Below, piece after piece: positions 25,366 to 38,460 of a DNA stretch of 64,000 nucleotides; position 1 is the first letter of the stretch, and each line of letters opens with the position of its first letter. Below the pieces are notes generated by a model that was given only the letters and a program-made list of their open reading frames with translations, was not told the DNA's origin and did no database searches. The DNA comes from Callorhinchus milii. Lineage: Eukaryota. The position numbers and the translations under genes are program-made. The stretch is from positions 39,558,001 to 39,622,000 of the forward strand of contig NW_024704742.1 in the NCBI RefSeq assembly GCF_018977255.1, written 5' to 3'.

Positions 25366-27366
25366 CAGCAATCCAAAATGTCAATATCTTTGCCACTTTG
25401 TAAAATGGTCCAAAATGCTTCTGTTCTCAACTAGTGATTTTGTCATTGTGCCTGATCACCATCAAAATGCTTAACTCTGTCTTTTTAATTAACATAGCAG
25501 CTCTTAAATTATCACATACTGAGAATAATACACTCGCTCATTCCACTGGGAGATTATATGGAATTCTGGACAACAATCAGTGGATAATAAGTCAATATAT
25601 AACCATGATCTGCCAGAAAGCAGGCATCATTAACAATGTCTGATTCTCAGTTAACTGTGATAATTCAATGACTCATGACTGCTTTCAAGACCAATAAAAA
25701 GCTGCATACATAGTATTACTATTTGCATTATACTATTTCTGAGTTTGTCAATTGGCAATCTTTGACGAAAATCGACGTACAAATTTGCAAATACTAAATG
25801 CAAATGCCAATATAGCACAGAAAACTTGCAAGACTGATACTGTTCCAAGATGGAGTATTTGATGAATAATATGTGACTCTTCAGCAAAATCAATTACTTG
25901 GTCTATGTGTTGACTGTGCAGAGTCAAGATTAACACCTGCACATTAAATGCAATAGGTGTGAGTCACATTGGACTTTTCTGTTCTCTGTCTGCCCACCCC
26001 TCACCCTGCATCTACCCCCACCCCCGTGGCTGTAATATAGGAGTTGTATAATGGTTGTATAATGATTGTCCAATTGTAAAGTGATTAGCTTGACCGTTAG
26101 CTTTTCATAACCACAGTAATCCAAGCTGTTACTTAGTGCAGAACGCAAGTGCATTGAGCTCACGAAAAGCTTCAGGGAATTAAACGAATCCATGATAGAT
26201 ACAATAACATGTGAATGACAAAAAAAAATCGTGATTTCATTGTATGATTTATCTTACTTTTCTTTTTTTCTTTATAAAAATATTAATACCACTGCTCATT
26301 TACATAGAATGTATGCCAGTTATGATATTCATGTCAATAATGACTACTTTTTTTTTAGAATTTACATCAGAATACAATTCACACAGGTTAGCAAATGCAA
26401 ACCTGAAGAGGAATTATAGAAACTGTCACAATGATTACAAATGCAAACTGCATGGATTTCAAATCATATCTTTTTCACAATGCGATGTAAGTATAAGTAG
26501 TGAAAGGATGGTAGTTATTTTATTTTCCAATGATTTCTTTGTCCATTAAGTTGCACACATGAAAAATTGCATCTAAAACTTGGAGAGCTTTGTGGAGGAA
26601 AGGATGAAAATCCTGGTTTAGTAAAATTCAGGCATAAAGTTATTTACAGTTTTTAAAGGGAATTTGATGTTTGATGAAATCTGAACGATTTGTTAAGACG
26701 CTATATCAAATGAAAGGTTTATTGTTATTAAAGTTATAATAACAACATTTAATATACATTCAATTTCTATAGTCAGATAGTGAAACATGTTATACTGTTA
26801 GTGGTAAAGGAAATTAAAAGCTAACCGTGAGGAAGCATCTTCAAAAANTAAATACACTTCAACCACACCTATGGTCACCTCCGCTCTCTCTCTCTCTGTC
26901 TGTCGTCTCAAGTCTTTATGGTGTGTTCTGGGACATTATTCTAAGCGAAGGGTGATATAATGCATAAGTGTAAGTTTTTGTCAGACCAACTTTGATGGAT
27001 AATATTGAGTGACCTGCCTTCATTCAGATGCATGAGAAAATGTTTTGGGATGTGGGCAATAGATGTGTGATGAGTTGTTAAGGTGCTATATCAAATGAAA
27101 TAATGAAATATATTTCTTTAAACATGCAATGAAATCTTGCATGATTAAAGAAATAGAGTACTGATTGTCTACAATGCAACTGATCAGTTGATTCAGGCTG
27201 AGAATGTGGAGCTGACTGGAATCCCAAGTTTGGGGTTGAATTAAGACACTCAAAACAGGAAAATTGCATGTTAACAGAGACAGACGGAAGAAGTAATGTA
27301 CAGAGCATCTCTTTCATAAATAAATGAGAACTCTGTTCTTAGGCAAACCTATGTATGTAACTTGTA

Positions 27367-27565
27367 GAACAACAACAAGTTTACATTTATATAGCACCTT
27401 TCACATCAAGGGGAAGTCCAAAGGCACTGGACAATTAAGAGTTTGACCAAGCTGGGGTTTCGATTCAAAAGGAGTGGGGGCCAAGGGAAGTGAGCGTGGG
27501 GGTGGGAAGATGACTGAAAGTGTGGTTAAAGAGGAAGGTCTTGAGACAGACCTTAAAGGAGGCAA
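27367..27565 (-). mobile_element. Degenerate L2 3' end
   Basis: aacaacaacaagtttacatttatatagcacctttcacatc...aaggtcttgagacagaccttaaaggaggc. Confidence 0.75.
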
Positions 27566-28451
27566 AATGAAGATGATCTGGCTATTTTTTTAATTACAGA
27601 TTCGACGAGAGGGTTAAGCAAACTAAAGATGAAGCCAGTCGTGGAGCAGCGTATTAGCAAGCTTAATAAGATTGACCAGAAAACGTTAATTCTAAGAATT
27701 CTATTTGACACGTCAGATTGAGAGAGCAAAGTATTAACTGACTGAAAGGAGCTTCAGCTAAAAATAATTCTTTGCTTAACTTGTGAGAAAATTCTCTTAG
27801 ATATTATAGGTATTAAAAAAGTATTTTGCAGGGTGGATTTGAGTTGCAAATTGGAAGTTCCTTTTAGTGAATATTAGATTGAGAGATTTACAAAGTGGTG
27901 AATCACAAGCCAGAAAAATGCTGACCATTTTCTGCTGGCCTTTATAATCACTTTGCTGCTGCTTATTGTTCTCAGAAACTGATGTGACCTGAAAGTCACA
28001 ATTAGCAACTCAAATCTGGTTTGCGAAAATGGGAGGGGGGGATTGGAAGGGAAATTTCACCTAGGTGTGGATCTACTCTACATGGCAATGATTTGATAGT
28101 TGGCCTCTTCTTTGTGTCATACTTTTAAAATTCCAGTTTAACTTGATCTACCCTGACTGTGTCATAGAGTTAATTTCATAGCATTTCAGAACATGAAGAG
28201 TTTGCCAAATTGTTAAATTCATTCATTCTTAAAAAGAACTTAAAGAAAAGCAGCAGACTTTTTAGAATTAGCTAAATTCTGCATGCTCTGAAAAGCTAAG
28301 AACATTTAGTAAATCTGGGCTCAGATGGAATTTCTCCATCATTTTATTTTATACCTAAACATTTTATATGATGATGGGAGTCTGCACTTGTACAAATGCT
28401 TTTACATGGAATATTTCAGTTTCAGATTTATTTAACAATGAGAATACCTTG

Positions 28452-28855
28452 TCAGCTTGACTCATGACACCCTCACCTGTGAGTCAGAAGGTTGCAGGTT
28501 CAAGTTCCATATCAGGACTTGAGCTTAAGGTTGACATTCTAGGCTGGGGTGTGTGTGTGTGATGCATTGTTGGAGATACAGTATCATACTTTAAATGAAA
28601 CATTAAATTGAGGTTCTGTCTGTCTGTTCAGGTGGATGTTAAAGATCCCATGACTGCTTGAAAAGAGAAGGACATTTTCTGGCCAACAATTCTCCAGGGA
28701 AATTGGACATTCACTTTATAGTTGTTTGTGGGTCATTGCTGTGCAAACAGTGGGTGCCACGTACAAGGTACACAGTCATTACACTTCAAAGTACAAATCC
28801 AGTGAATTCAGTGACATGATACATGATACATCAAACGTCAGAATTCTTATTATTA
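28452..28855 (+). mobile_element. Deu-domain SINE
   Basis: ctcacctgtgagtcagaaggttgcaggttcaagt head and ggtggatgttaaagatcccatg central domain. Confidence 0.75.
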
Positions 28856-29087
28856 GGTGGCTAAAATTTAGCCTATTTGGTCTTTGAAGATTGAGCCCCT
28901 TGAAACGGAATTATAAAGATAAATCTGTTTCATGAAGGATTTAGTAAATCTTCTTCATTCATCTACAAATAGATAACACAAAGATGTGACAACATTATGT
29001 CACTGACTTCTTCTGACTTCTCAAATACACACAATACATTTATATAGCTTCCCATTTCTGTAATTCCCACTTGTTTGATACTAATTT

Positions 29088-29510
29088 GAATCAGCTTGGT
29101 TTAGTTGGTGTCTCTGGGTAAGAAGGTTGAGGGGACGCTGAGCTCACAGTCTAGACTGACACTCCAGTGCAGTGTTGGGGAACACATTTGTTATCAGAGG
29201 CCTTGTCCTTTAGATGAGATTTTAAAACAAGGTCCTTGTCCTGTCTGCCTGATCAGATATACCTTGAAGAATCAATTACGCTATTCGTGAAGAGGAGTTT
29301 TTTCTCAGTGATCTGGACAACAATCCTACAGATAAATTGGTCATTCCCTTTACAGCTGTTTTGTGGGAAATTGTTGTGCACATAATCGCTTCTGCATTTG
29401 TCTACAAAATCCACAGTCACTAAGTTTAACAACAATATCTGTAAAGTGTATTGAGACCTGAAACATGATACTATGGATTTCATATCATAGATTTTATTAT
29501 GATTATTATC
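29088..29510 (+). mobile_element. Degenerate Deu-domain SINE
   Basis: ctgacactccagtgcagtgttggg, gatgagattttaaa, gtgggaaattgttgtgcaca. Confidence 0.6.
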
Positions 29511-30212
29511 ACTGCAATGTAGAATGTTGTGTACTATTGCAGTTGCAAAATATGGCTATGATTTAACAGTCGGCCCCTTCTTTGTGTCATATTGTTAGAA
29601 TTCCAGTTTAACTTGATCTACTCTGACTACTCTGCCACACTGCTCATTACTTGGTGTGTCATGCTTGCAGATGTGTGACATATAGACGTGTCATAATTCA
29701 TTATGGTGAGCCATAGTTTGCATAATAACTAGTCACAAGAGCTGAAAACATTGTCTCCCATGATTAAATGAAACTACTTAACAAATAATGTTCATATCTT
29801 TCAGTCACACAACATGGATTCCTGTAATGACTTCAAAATATTAGGAACAGGAGCAGGCCAATATGGCCTGTCAAGTTTGCTCTGACATTAACTCTAGGAC
29901 AACTCTCTTTAATTTCCCAACATTTTCTCAATTTCTTTTAATATCCTTACTCACCAATTACAGTGGAGTCTTGTTATATTGCATGAAATCCCACACATGC
30001 TACATTGAGGCATAATACTGCACATGTGGCTCGCTCCTTGTGCCAGTCAATTCCCATGCTAAAAAGATGGCTGATTTCCGGGTCATCAGGTCTCCACTAT
30101 TACTGCCCGTTTGCCCAAATCAAGAACATGATTTCGGAGATGACCTAAAGACCTGGAAACGAGTCGCATCCAAAGGAGGGCATCTCCAGCAGTGCAGCAC
30201 ATCCAGAGCACT

Positions 30213-30810
30213 GCAACAACAACTTGCACTTATATAGCACCCTCCATACAGGGTAGTGTCTCAAAACGCTTAACAGTGATGGAGACTGATTCCAAGCTGG
30301 GTGGGGGTGGGTGGGGGTGGGGGAGGTACGGTTGAAGAGGAAGGTTTTCAGGCCGGACTTGAAAATGGGGAGAGAGGGATTGAGGGAGAGTGTTCCAGAG
30401 TTTTGGGGCGTAATTCAGGGAGTATTAGCCTTAAATTTTACTTCCATGTCCTAACTTGGGCCTTGAGTCCACAGCATTCTGATTCAGAATTATAGTGTTA
30501 CCAACTGAGCCTGGCGGATATGGCTGTCTAAGACAGCCTCCCCAATATTCTCATGATCCTTCATATACATATATTTTTTCTGCTTCTCCATTTTTGCTAT
30601 TCACTCTAACTCCTTCCCTCCCTTCCTCCCTCCCCTCTTTTAAGGCATATCTGAAAATGTACCTCTTTGACTGAGCTTTTAGTCATCTTTCCCCTCTCCT
30701 TCCTCCTTAGCTCCCACCTCCAGCTTGGGTGCCCATCCACCATTGTTAAATGCTTTGAGATGTTCTCATGGTGTGAAAGGCGCTATATAAATGTGAATTG
30801 TATTGTCATA
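30213..30810. mobile_element. Two old L2 3' ends (minus 30213-30410, plus ~30610-30810) with a SINE head fragment between them
   Basis: caacaacaacttgcacttatatagcaccc and gtgaaaggcgctatataaatgtgaattgtattgt termini. Confidence 0.7.
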
Positions 30811-30974
30811 TCAAAGTTATGTCCTCTTGACCTGGATTCCCAACTAAAGTGAAGAATAATTTCCTATTAATTTTCTCAATACCCTTCTTTACTTGAACAC
30901 TTTAATCAGATCTTTCAGTGTACTCAGCCTCTTACTTTATTTAAATCCTTTTATCCCAGGTGTCATTGTGGTTA

Positions 30975-31490
30975 ATCATAGAATAGAATCAGAAGTAGAC
31001 CATTCAGCCTATTGAGCCTGCTCTCCCGTTTTATTAGATTAAGCCTGATGTGCAACTTAATACCACCTTTTAAAGTACAATGATTTTGAAACCACAAATT
31101 GTTGTGTGAAAATCATGAGAATTGTCATGGACAGTTCTCCAAGAATAGTTTTTGCAGATAGTGTGCCTACAATGAAGCAAAATACAATATTCTAATGAGG
31201 TCTGATCAGCACTGTATACAACTGTAGCAGTACTTTCTTATTCTTATACTCAATATTCAATACCTCTTGTGATAAGTTCTGGATTCCATTAACCTTTTTG
31301 ATTGCTTTCTGCACCTGTTAACTAGCTTTGAATGATTTGTGCATCTGCACTTCTAAATCCTTTTGCTCGTCTCCCCATTTATCTTATATTCCCTTCTGCC
31401 ACTCTTACTTCCAATTTTTAAGCACTTTGCCTCATATTTTGCCACATTGAACTGCAGCTGCCATCATTCCATCCATCTATTTAATCTACC
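30975..31490 (-). mobile_element. Degenerate CR1 3' region
   Basis: catagaatagaatc...gaccattcagcc terminus and caatattctaatgaggtctgatcagcactgtatacaa (LY.ALIRPHLEY-like on the minus strand). Confidence 0.7.
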
Positions 31491-31824
31491 TCTGTTTTAA
31501 ATGTTGAAGCATTTCAGTGGGTGAAGTAGCTGATTGAATCTATACTGGAATTTTTTATTTCATGGAAACTCACAACATAATTTTGGGCTGGAAAATAACA
31601 AACTTTATGTTTTCATATTTTTTCTTGATTCACTGCAGCTCAGAGTTTATAATGCTGTAACATCAGACCAGAAATATAGTTCAGGGTTCTCTCTAAAGAA
31701 CTCCCACACATGGCTGAGGGCTTGTAAACCACTCTGAGATGTTATCCTGTGTGAAGGCCACTATATCATGCAAGTTGTTGTTATTATTTGAACCTCAGAT
31801 AAGCAGTGCCTAGAGAGGATTATA

Positions 31825-32258
31825 TAATAATAGTAATCCTTGCATTTGGTATGTAGCCTTTCACATCAGGCAGACGTTTCAAAATGGTTTGCTGAATTTA
31901 TTGTAAAGTGAGTATGTGTACGCGAACACAGAAACCCAGTTGTACACAGCAATGTCCCACAAAGCAGCCATAAAATTAATGATCTGTTTTATTTGAGGAA
32001 TTGTTGACCAGGACATTAGGAGAAACACCTTTCTCTTTTCAAGTTGTGCCATGGGATCTTTAATGCCCACCCGAACAGGCAGATAGCACATCAGTTATAG
32101 CATCTCATCCAAAGGATGTCAGCTCCATCAATGCAACAACTCCCCCCAGCACTGCAATGGGAGTGTCGACCTAGACTATATGAGATCAAGTCCTGATGTG
32201 AGGCTTCAACCCATAACCTCTGACTCAGAGGCTACTAATACCAACTGAGACAGGCTGA
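31825..32258 (-). mobile_element. Near full-length Deu-domain SINE
   Basis: Tail aatccttgcattt, gtgccatgggatctttaatg domain, head aacccataacctctgactcagagg...ccaactgag. Confidence 0.8.
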
Positions 32259-32271
32259 TGCAACTGCTATG

Positions 32272-33378
32272 GTCATAAGAAACGAAAAAAGACCAAGGTC
32301 CATCTAGTTCACCTTCCACCTTCCTGGTGGTTGCATGCATATATGTCCCAAACTACCTATGTTCTATATCCTATAATGTTATTTCCTAAACTAAAGCTAT
32401 CTAATCGGTGTCTGAAAGAATCAACACTTCCTGCTTTAACCGTCTCCGTAGGGAGCCTGATCCACAGGTTCACTATTCGCTCACTGAAATAGTGTTTGCA
32501 TAGATTCGTTCTGAATTTACCCCCCTTCAATCTCAGGCCATGTCCTCTGGTTTTATTATTCAGGACAAGTTGAAACAGCCTGTCATGACCTTTATTGTTT
32601 AGCCCCTTTAGAATCTTAAAGACAGCAATCATGTCACCTCTCAATCGTCTCTTTTACAGCATGAACATGCCCAGTTTAGTTAGTCACTCCTCGTAGTCCA
32701 ATCCTTCCATTCTCTAATCATTTTGGTTGCCCTCCTCTGTATCTTCTCGATTTCTCCAATATCCTTTGTTGTACTGTGGCAACCAGAATTGTACACAGTA
32801 CTCTAAGTATGGTCTTACCAATGATTTATACAGTGGCAGGATTACTCCACTATTTTGGCTTGCTATTGATCCTTTGATACATCTCAACATCTGGTTTACT
32901 TTATTCACTGCCATAGAGCATTGTTGGGTAAGCTTCAATTTATTGTCGATCAGGACCTCCAGATTCTTTTTATTTTCCATACATATTATTTTCCTTCCAT
33001 TCAAATAATAGTCCCTTCCAGGATTGTTTTCCCCATGTGAAGTACTTTACATGTCTTCACATTGAATTTCATCTGCCACTGATCTGTCCACTTCCCAAGT
33101 ATGTTCAAATCCTCTTGTAGCCTATCTTGTTTAGCTTCGCAATCTACTACCTTCATTAGCTTGGTGTCATCTGCAAATGTAGCCACTGTGCTTGTGACTC
33201 CTAGTTCCAGATGATTTATAAAAGTATTAAACAAACAATGTCTCAAAACAGACCCTTGTGGGACTCCACTGGTAACATTTTTCCAGTCTGATAACATTCC
33301 CTGCACCACCATTCTCTGGGTTCTTTCCGTCAACTAATTGTGTATCCTTTGTAACATACCTCCACTGATACCCGCTTT
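32272..33378 (-). mobile_element. 5'-truncated CR1 LINE (RT C-terminal half to 3' UTR)
   Basis: VTSGVPQGSVL..LFNTFIN.L...FADDTKL, WQMKFNVKTCKVLH, LPLYKSLVRPYLEYCVQFW, RGDMIAVFKILKG...TRGH.LRL...FSERIVNLW. Confidence 0.95.
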
Positions 33379-34254
33379 TGTTAACATGTGAGGGGAAGAG
33401 TGTGTGTAGGATGGAGAATGTGTGTCTGCCATCTTTTATCCTTTCTGATATTTGTATGTTATTTTTTATTATAATGTTGATCTTTTATCTTTTGAGATAT
33501 TTGAGTTTATTAAAAAATAAACTCCCTAATATTTTAATTAGGGAATATTATGCACATATTTTGTGTGTACACAGACAAGTTACTCTGTAATGTCACTCAA
33601 TTGCAACACTCTATTAAACATTGTTAGACTGAGTGGGCTGAAAAGAAAGCACCCTTGAGTTTGGAAGGAATTTTTGACATCTGGGGAAGATGATTTAAAG
33701 GTCTTTCCAACAGCTCAGTGTTTATTTAAAAGATAAGTTTTTGTACATTACCATGTGCAAATTACCGTAAGGTTATGTTTAAAACTAATGAGTATAAAAA
33801 TAGAAATTGTGGAAAAATCATGAGCTCCCCATTGTCAAGTGATGCATCAAGAAATGTTTTAAAAAATTTTAAAACAAACACAGCTTTTAAATTTGGAATG
33901 CTATGTGCTAGTTTTGTTAATTAATGATTTTGTTTTAAATTATGTGGAAGTATCATCTCAACAGTGCAGACTTTATTTCACTACAAATATGATTTATATG
34001 ATTTTATACAAAAATGATGATTGCTAAAAATACCAATAATTTTTACTGTCTTTATTTTAGAATTCTCTACTTCATAGATTTTATAAAAAAGACCATTAAG
34101 CTATTTTGCTAAAAGACCTTCATATAGTGAACAGAATCTTGAGAGCTTATTCTGCTTTTTCCAGTGAATTTCGTGAATTTGTCTCTGTGGGATTATATAT
34201 AGTCATAATGCAATTTTAATATAAAATTAAGCATAAATACAAAATTGCATTATA

Positions 34255-34492
34255 ATAATTCTTACATTTGATGTAAGTACCCAAGTAGTGACATGGGATC
34301 TTTAATGTGCACATAAACATACAAATGGGACCTCAGTTTAACATTTTATCTGAAGGATGGCAACTCTTACATTGTAGCACACCCTCAGCACTGCACTGTA
34401 GTGCCAGTTTAGAGAATATGAGTTCCAAGTCCTGACATGGGGCTGCAACCCATAACCTCAGAGGTAGGAGTGTTATCAACTGAGCGAAGCTG
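34255..34492 (-). mobile_element. Deu-domain SINE (internally deleted)
   Basis: catgggatctttaatgtgcac, ccctcagcactgcactgtagtgccag, caactgagc. Confidence 0.75.
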
Positions 34493-35559
34493 ATGTTTAT
34501 GACACACATGGACAAGTTATTTTATAAAAACCTTACCAAATGGAGAGTAACAATGCTTACACAACATAAATGAATTTGCTACATGGAGCATGTTGAGCGG
34601 GAATGAATAGCTTGATAACAAAAGCTTGTTTTGGCTCTCATTTAAATTCCACACAAGAGCATGTGGAAGTTAGAACTGACTGTTGAAATAAAAAAATTAT
34701 TTCCTAGAGTCAAGTAAAACAGAAAGGCAGTGATGGGAATTAGTTTGCATACAATCAGGTGACTGGACTGCAGAAGTTTTATGGATGTTTCTACCAGACA
34801 CAAGAGTGCAGACAGTATAAAATTTTAGAGAAATATGTTCCCAGTTTTGTGCCTGCAGCCCTCATAGTTCTAAACTCCACTTTTGTCTACATCCTGGAAC
34901 ACCATATGACTTCCAAGAAACTGGTTCACTGAACCAGGTTTAAATAATTGTTACCCTGCAGACATTGAACAGAAGCGGAAAACTAATTTCCTCATAAGTG
35001 ATAAGCAATTAAACATGAGCCTTGAACAATGATATCACTTTCTATGTATCACTGCCCATGTCATCCCTGACCATATCACCTCTTTGAGTTCAGCATGAAT
35101 AAAGGTTATGCTTTAAATTATGAGTCATAGCGCATATTGTACTGTTTATATTGAGTGTGAGTTGACTTCAAAGAATAATCATATTCAGATGACAGTATCA
35201 CAGTGAAAGGTTTAGCCGTGCAACAAAGGATTGCAAAACGATCAGATTTTTAATAGAGAGTTTTCAGTTTTTAATGCCTTAGAAATAATACTTGCATTTG
35301 ATATGATACCTTTGGAAGGATGTCTCAAAGTGCGTCACTGGATAAAAGGTAATGTGTAGTGACTGTGTATTTAGTAGGTGAAAAGGAGCAATCTTTACTT
35401 GTTCAGTGTTCCACTCCTGCTTTTGCTCTGAGAATGGCAGTCTTGTGGAATGAACTACTCAAGGGAGGCAGATTGTGTCAGCGAATTTAAGAGGAAATTC
35501 GAGAACCATTGCATCAACCTTCTGGGCCAAAAATTATAGTGTCGATTTGTAGAATACCA

Positions 35560-36488
35560 GCTTAAAACGTGAGTAAAGTCAATATCCTGCAGGATTCTGG
35601 GACATACTGCCAAATTAATTGAGTTCATATCCCCAGAAACTGTAAAGGGCTGCTCTACATAAACTGGTTAGTGCTCTGCAGGTTGCATACAGTTCTGGTT
35701 GCTGTCAGGTCCTCGGCCCCAGAGGTGAGCACTGAGGATGATCCCCAGTATTAGAACAATCAGCTATGAGCAACAATTAGATGAACTAGGGATCATCAGT
35801 CTTGAAAAGATACATCTCAGAAGGGGGCATGACAGGAATACAAGGTTTTAAAAGGCACTGAGAAAGTAAACTCGGAACAATTCAATATTTGGGGGCAGCA
35901 GAACAAGAGGGCACAGGTCCAAGGGTGTAAAAGGAAATTTTAGGACAGAAACCAGAAAATATTTCTTTACTAAGAGAGTAATTAATGACTGAAATGGGCG
36001 AACAGAAAGGGTGGCAGAGGTCAGGACACTGGACTAATTCAAAAACGGCTTGATGTGAAAATAGGGTGGGTATTCTGGAAGGATGAGAAGGGATAAGTCA
36101 AAAGGCCTTCTTCATCCAAACTAATCTTGTGATTTTGTGAACTTCGCAATGGCTGAACACTTCAGATCCAGTGTGAATCTGATTTTCATTGTACAATTGG
36201 ATTTGAAGTGATTTTAAAGATTAAGACCAAATAACAATAACACCAAGCTCTATGACTATTTGAGGAAATAACTTAAACTAGTGAATGAAATTTGATAATG
36301 TTCCACATGTGAGATGGTTAAAGCCCATGGAATTAAGTAACACTATCCAATTGGATTGCACAATGATCTAGCAACAGAAAGTGGAAGCAGCTAATAAATG
36401 GAAAAGCTCCATCTTGGGGGCAATGAATAACAATGTTCCACATGCGGTCTGTTCTGGGTTTGATATTGTTTCCACTATTCATCAATGA
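35560..36488 (+). mobile_element. Degenerate CR1 fragments (3' end ~35560-36140; RT piece ~36190-36488)
   Basis: agaacaagagggcacag (RTRGH), tttctttactaagagagta, aaaggccttcttcatcc terminus; gttcca...ggtctgttctggg...tattcatcaatgat (VPQGSVLG/FIND-like). Confidence 0.7.
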
Positions 36489-36795
36489 TAATAATGATAA
36501 TAATCCTTGCATTTGATATAGCGCTTTTCACATCTTCTAGACGTCTCAAAGCACTTCACGGAATATACTGTAAAGTGAATTGACTATATTTGTGGGCGAA
36601 ATGCGGCAGCCAATTGCACACAGCAGTGTCCCACAAACACTTGTGGATTGAGTGAACAAATTATTATTTTTTTTGAAGGATTATTATCAGACGTGTGGAG
36701 TAAGGAAACTTGCCCAAGGTTTTGCCATGCTGGGAATCGAACCCAGGTCTCTTGCTTGTGAGGCGAGTGCTCTAACCACTGAGCTACAGGACTCC
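36487..36795 (-). mobile_element. Full-length tRNA-derived SINE (short variant)
   Basis: The minus strand begins ggagtcctgtagctcagtggttagagcactcgcc...gggttcgattccc and ends in an (ATT)n tail. Confidence 0.9.
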
Positions 36796-36950
36796 TAATA
36801 AAACTTATTAGGGAGTTGGTATTGTAAATATTGTAAACAAATTGCTGATAATAACAACTTAAATTGTAGTCAAAAAGATCCCCACAATTATACAAAGCGA
36901 TCTAGACGGATTTTAACATCGATAAATCTAACCTAATAATAAAATGTGTA

Positions 36951-38460
36951 ACAAAAACAGAAGTTGCTGGGAACACTCAGCAGGTCAGGCAGTATCTATA
37001 GAGAAAGGAAAGTGAGTCAAAGTTTCAAGTCCATGACCCTGTGTCAGAACTTCTTAACTTCTTTCAAATTCTAGTCAAATGTCCTTGAGACGTAGACCAG
37101 TTATTATTCTATTTGTTGAAGATAGCTGCACACTGAATGGAAACCTTCAATAAAGATCATAATCCCCGACAAGGTCGTGGACCCAAAACGTTGACTCACT
37201 TTCCTTTCCCCATAGATGCTGCCTGACGTGCTGAGTGTTCCCAGCGACTTCTCCTCATCCATCGCCTCTCCTCTCACCTCAACTTCCGTGATTGGTTCAG
37301 ATCACACCTCTCACACCGCCTGCACTTCAACTCCATAAACGGCTTCTCCTCTAGCCACTGGAACATCTCATGCGGCATTCCTCAGGGCTCTGTCTTTGGT
37401 CCACTTCTCTTCAATATCTATATGCTCCCTCTTGGTGACATCATCCACAGACATGTATGCGGATGACACCCAACTCTACCTCTCTGCCTCCACCCTTGAC
37501 TCCAGGACCACTGCTGTCCTGACAGAATGTCTGTCAGATATCAAGTCCTGGTGAGAGCAAACTTTCTACAGTTGAACGTCAACAAGACGGAGTCTCTTCT
37601 GATTGGCTCCTGTCAGCGCCCCTCACCTCAGGTGCTGGCAGCATCACCATCCATGGTTGCACACTCCACCTTGCTAAGCCAGTCCAGAACCTTGGGATCT
37701 TGTTTGACCCTCAACTATCCTTTCTACCCCACATCAGCACCATGACCCGCTCTGCCTCCCCCCACCTCTGCAACGTCACCCGGCTCCGCCACTGTCTCAC
37801 ACCACTGGCCGCCGAAACCCTCATACATGCTTTCATTACATCAAAGCTTGACTATGCAAACTTACTGCTTGTCAGCCTCCCCAACTCCTCCCTCCACAGG
37901 CTGCAGATCATCCAGAACTTTGCAGCCTTGTCCTCTCCCGCACCAGGCTCCGCGACCCTATCACACCCATCCCCACCTCCTCCATTGGCTGCCCATCACA
38001 CAGAGGATACAGTTCAAGATCCTGGTCCTTATCTTCAAAGCCCTGAATGGTCTTGCTCCCCCCTAACTCTGCGACCTCCTAACCCCCTACCATCCTGTTC
38101 GCTCCCTCCGCTCAGCGGGCTCCGTTCTGCTTCACGTCCCCCGTCTTGCTCGCCCCACTATTGGCAGCCGGGCCTTCTGTCACTCTGCCCCCACCCTTTG
38201 GAACTCTATCCTGCATTCTCTCTGCCTCGCCCCCTCGCTTGCCACCTTCAAGACCCATCTCAAGACCCTCCTCTTCAACCGTGCTTTCGATCTCTCTGCT
38301 TCCCCCCCACCCTCCCCCACCCCAACCCTCAGCTCGGATCTGTAACTCTATCTGTCCAGAGCTTTGGGACGTCCTCCCGATGCTAAAGGCACTTTACACA
38401 TGTAATTTTGTTGTTGTTTTTGTTTCAGATTTCCAGCATCCGCAGTATTTTGTGTTTTGT
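36951..38460. mobile_element. Palindromic Penelope-like non-autonomous element (arms 36951-37050 and 37171-37252 + 38417-38460), interrupted by an L2
   Basis: The arms are reverse complements over ~90 bp (gctgggaacactcagcaggtcaggcag / ctgcctgacgtgctgagtgttcccagc). The right arm resumes after the L2 tail as gtttttgtttcagatttccagcatc. Family assignment is from recall of shark Penelope terminal repeats. Confidence 0.7.
37253..38416 (+). mobile_element. 5'-truncated L2 LINE
   Basis: ggcattcctcagggctctgtctttggtcca ([10 protein letters not shown]), tatgcggatgacacccaactc (YADDTQL), HAFITSKLDY, LHWLPITQRIQFKIL, (GTT)n tail. Confidence 0.95.

Noticed and set aside
26848..26848. Single ambiguous base (n)
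   Set aside because: Assembly artefact with no biological meaning; it is a reminder that near-identical duplications need read-level confirmation.
29959..30165. Tigger/pogo-like TIR (tacagtggagtcttgttata) and a weak internal inverted repeat
   Set aside because: No matching second TIR or transposase is visible; too degenerate to call.
36720..36795. tRNA gene (also at 301, 44360, 52570, 53480, 56370)
   Set aside because: The A/B boxes run directly into SINE bodies and tails, so these are SINE heads.
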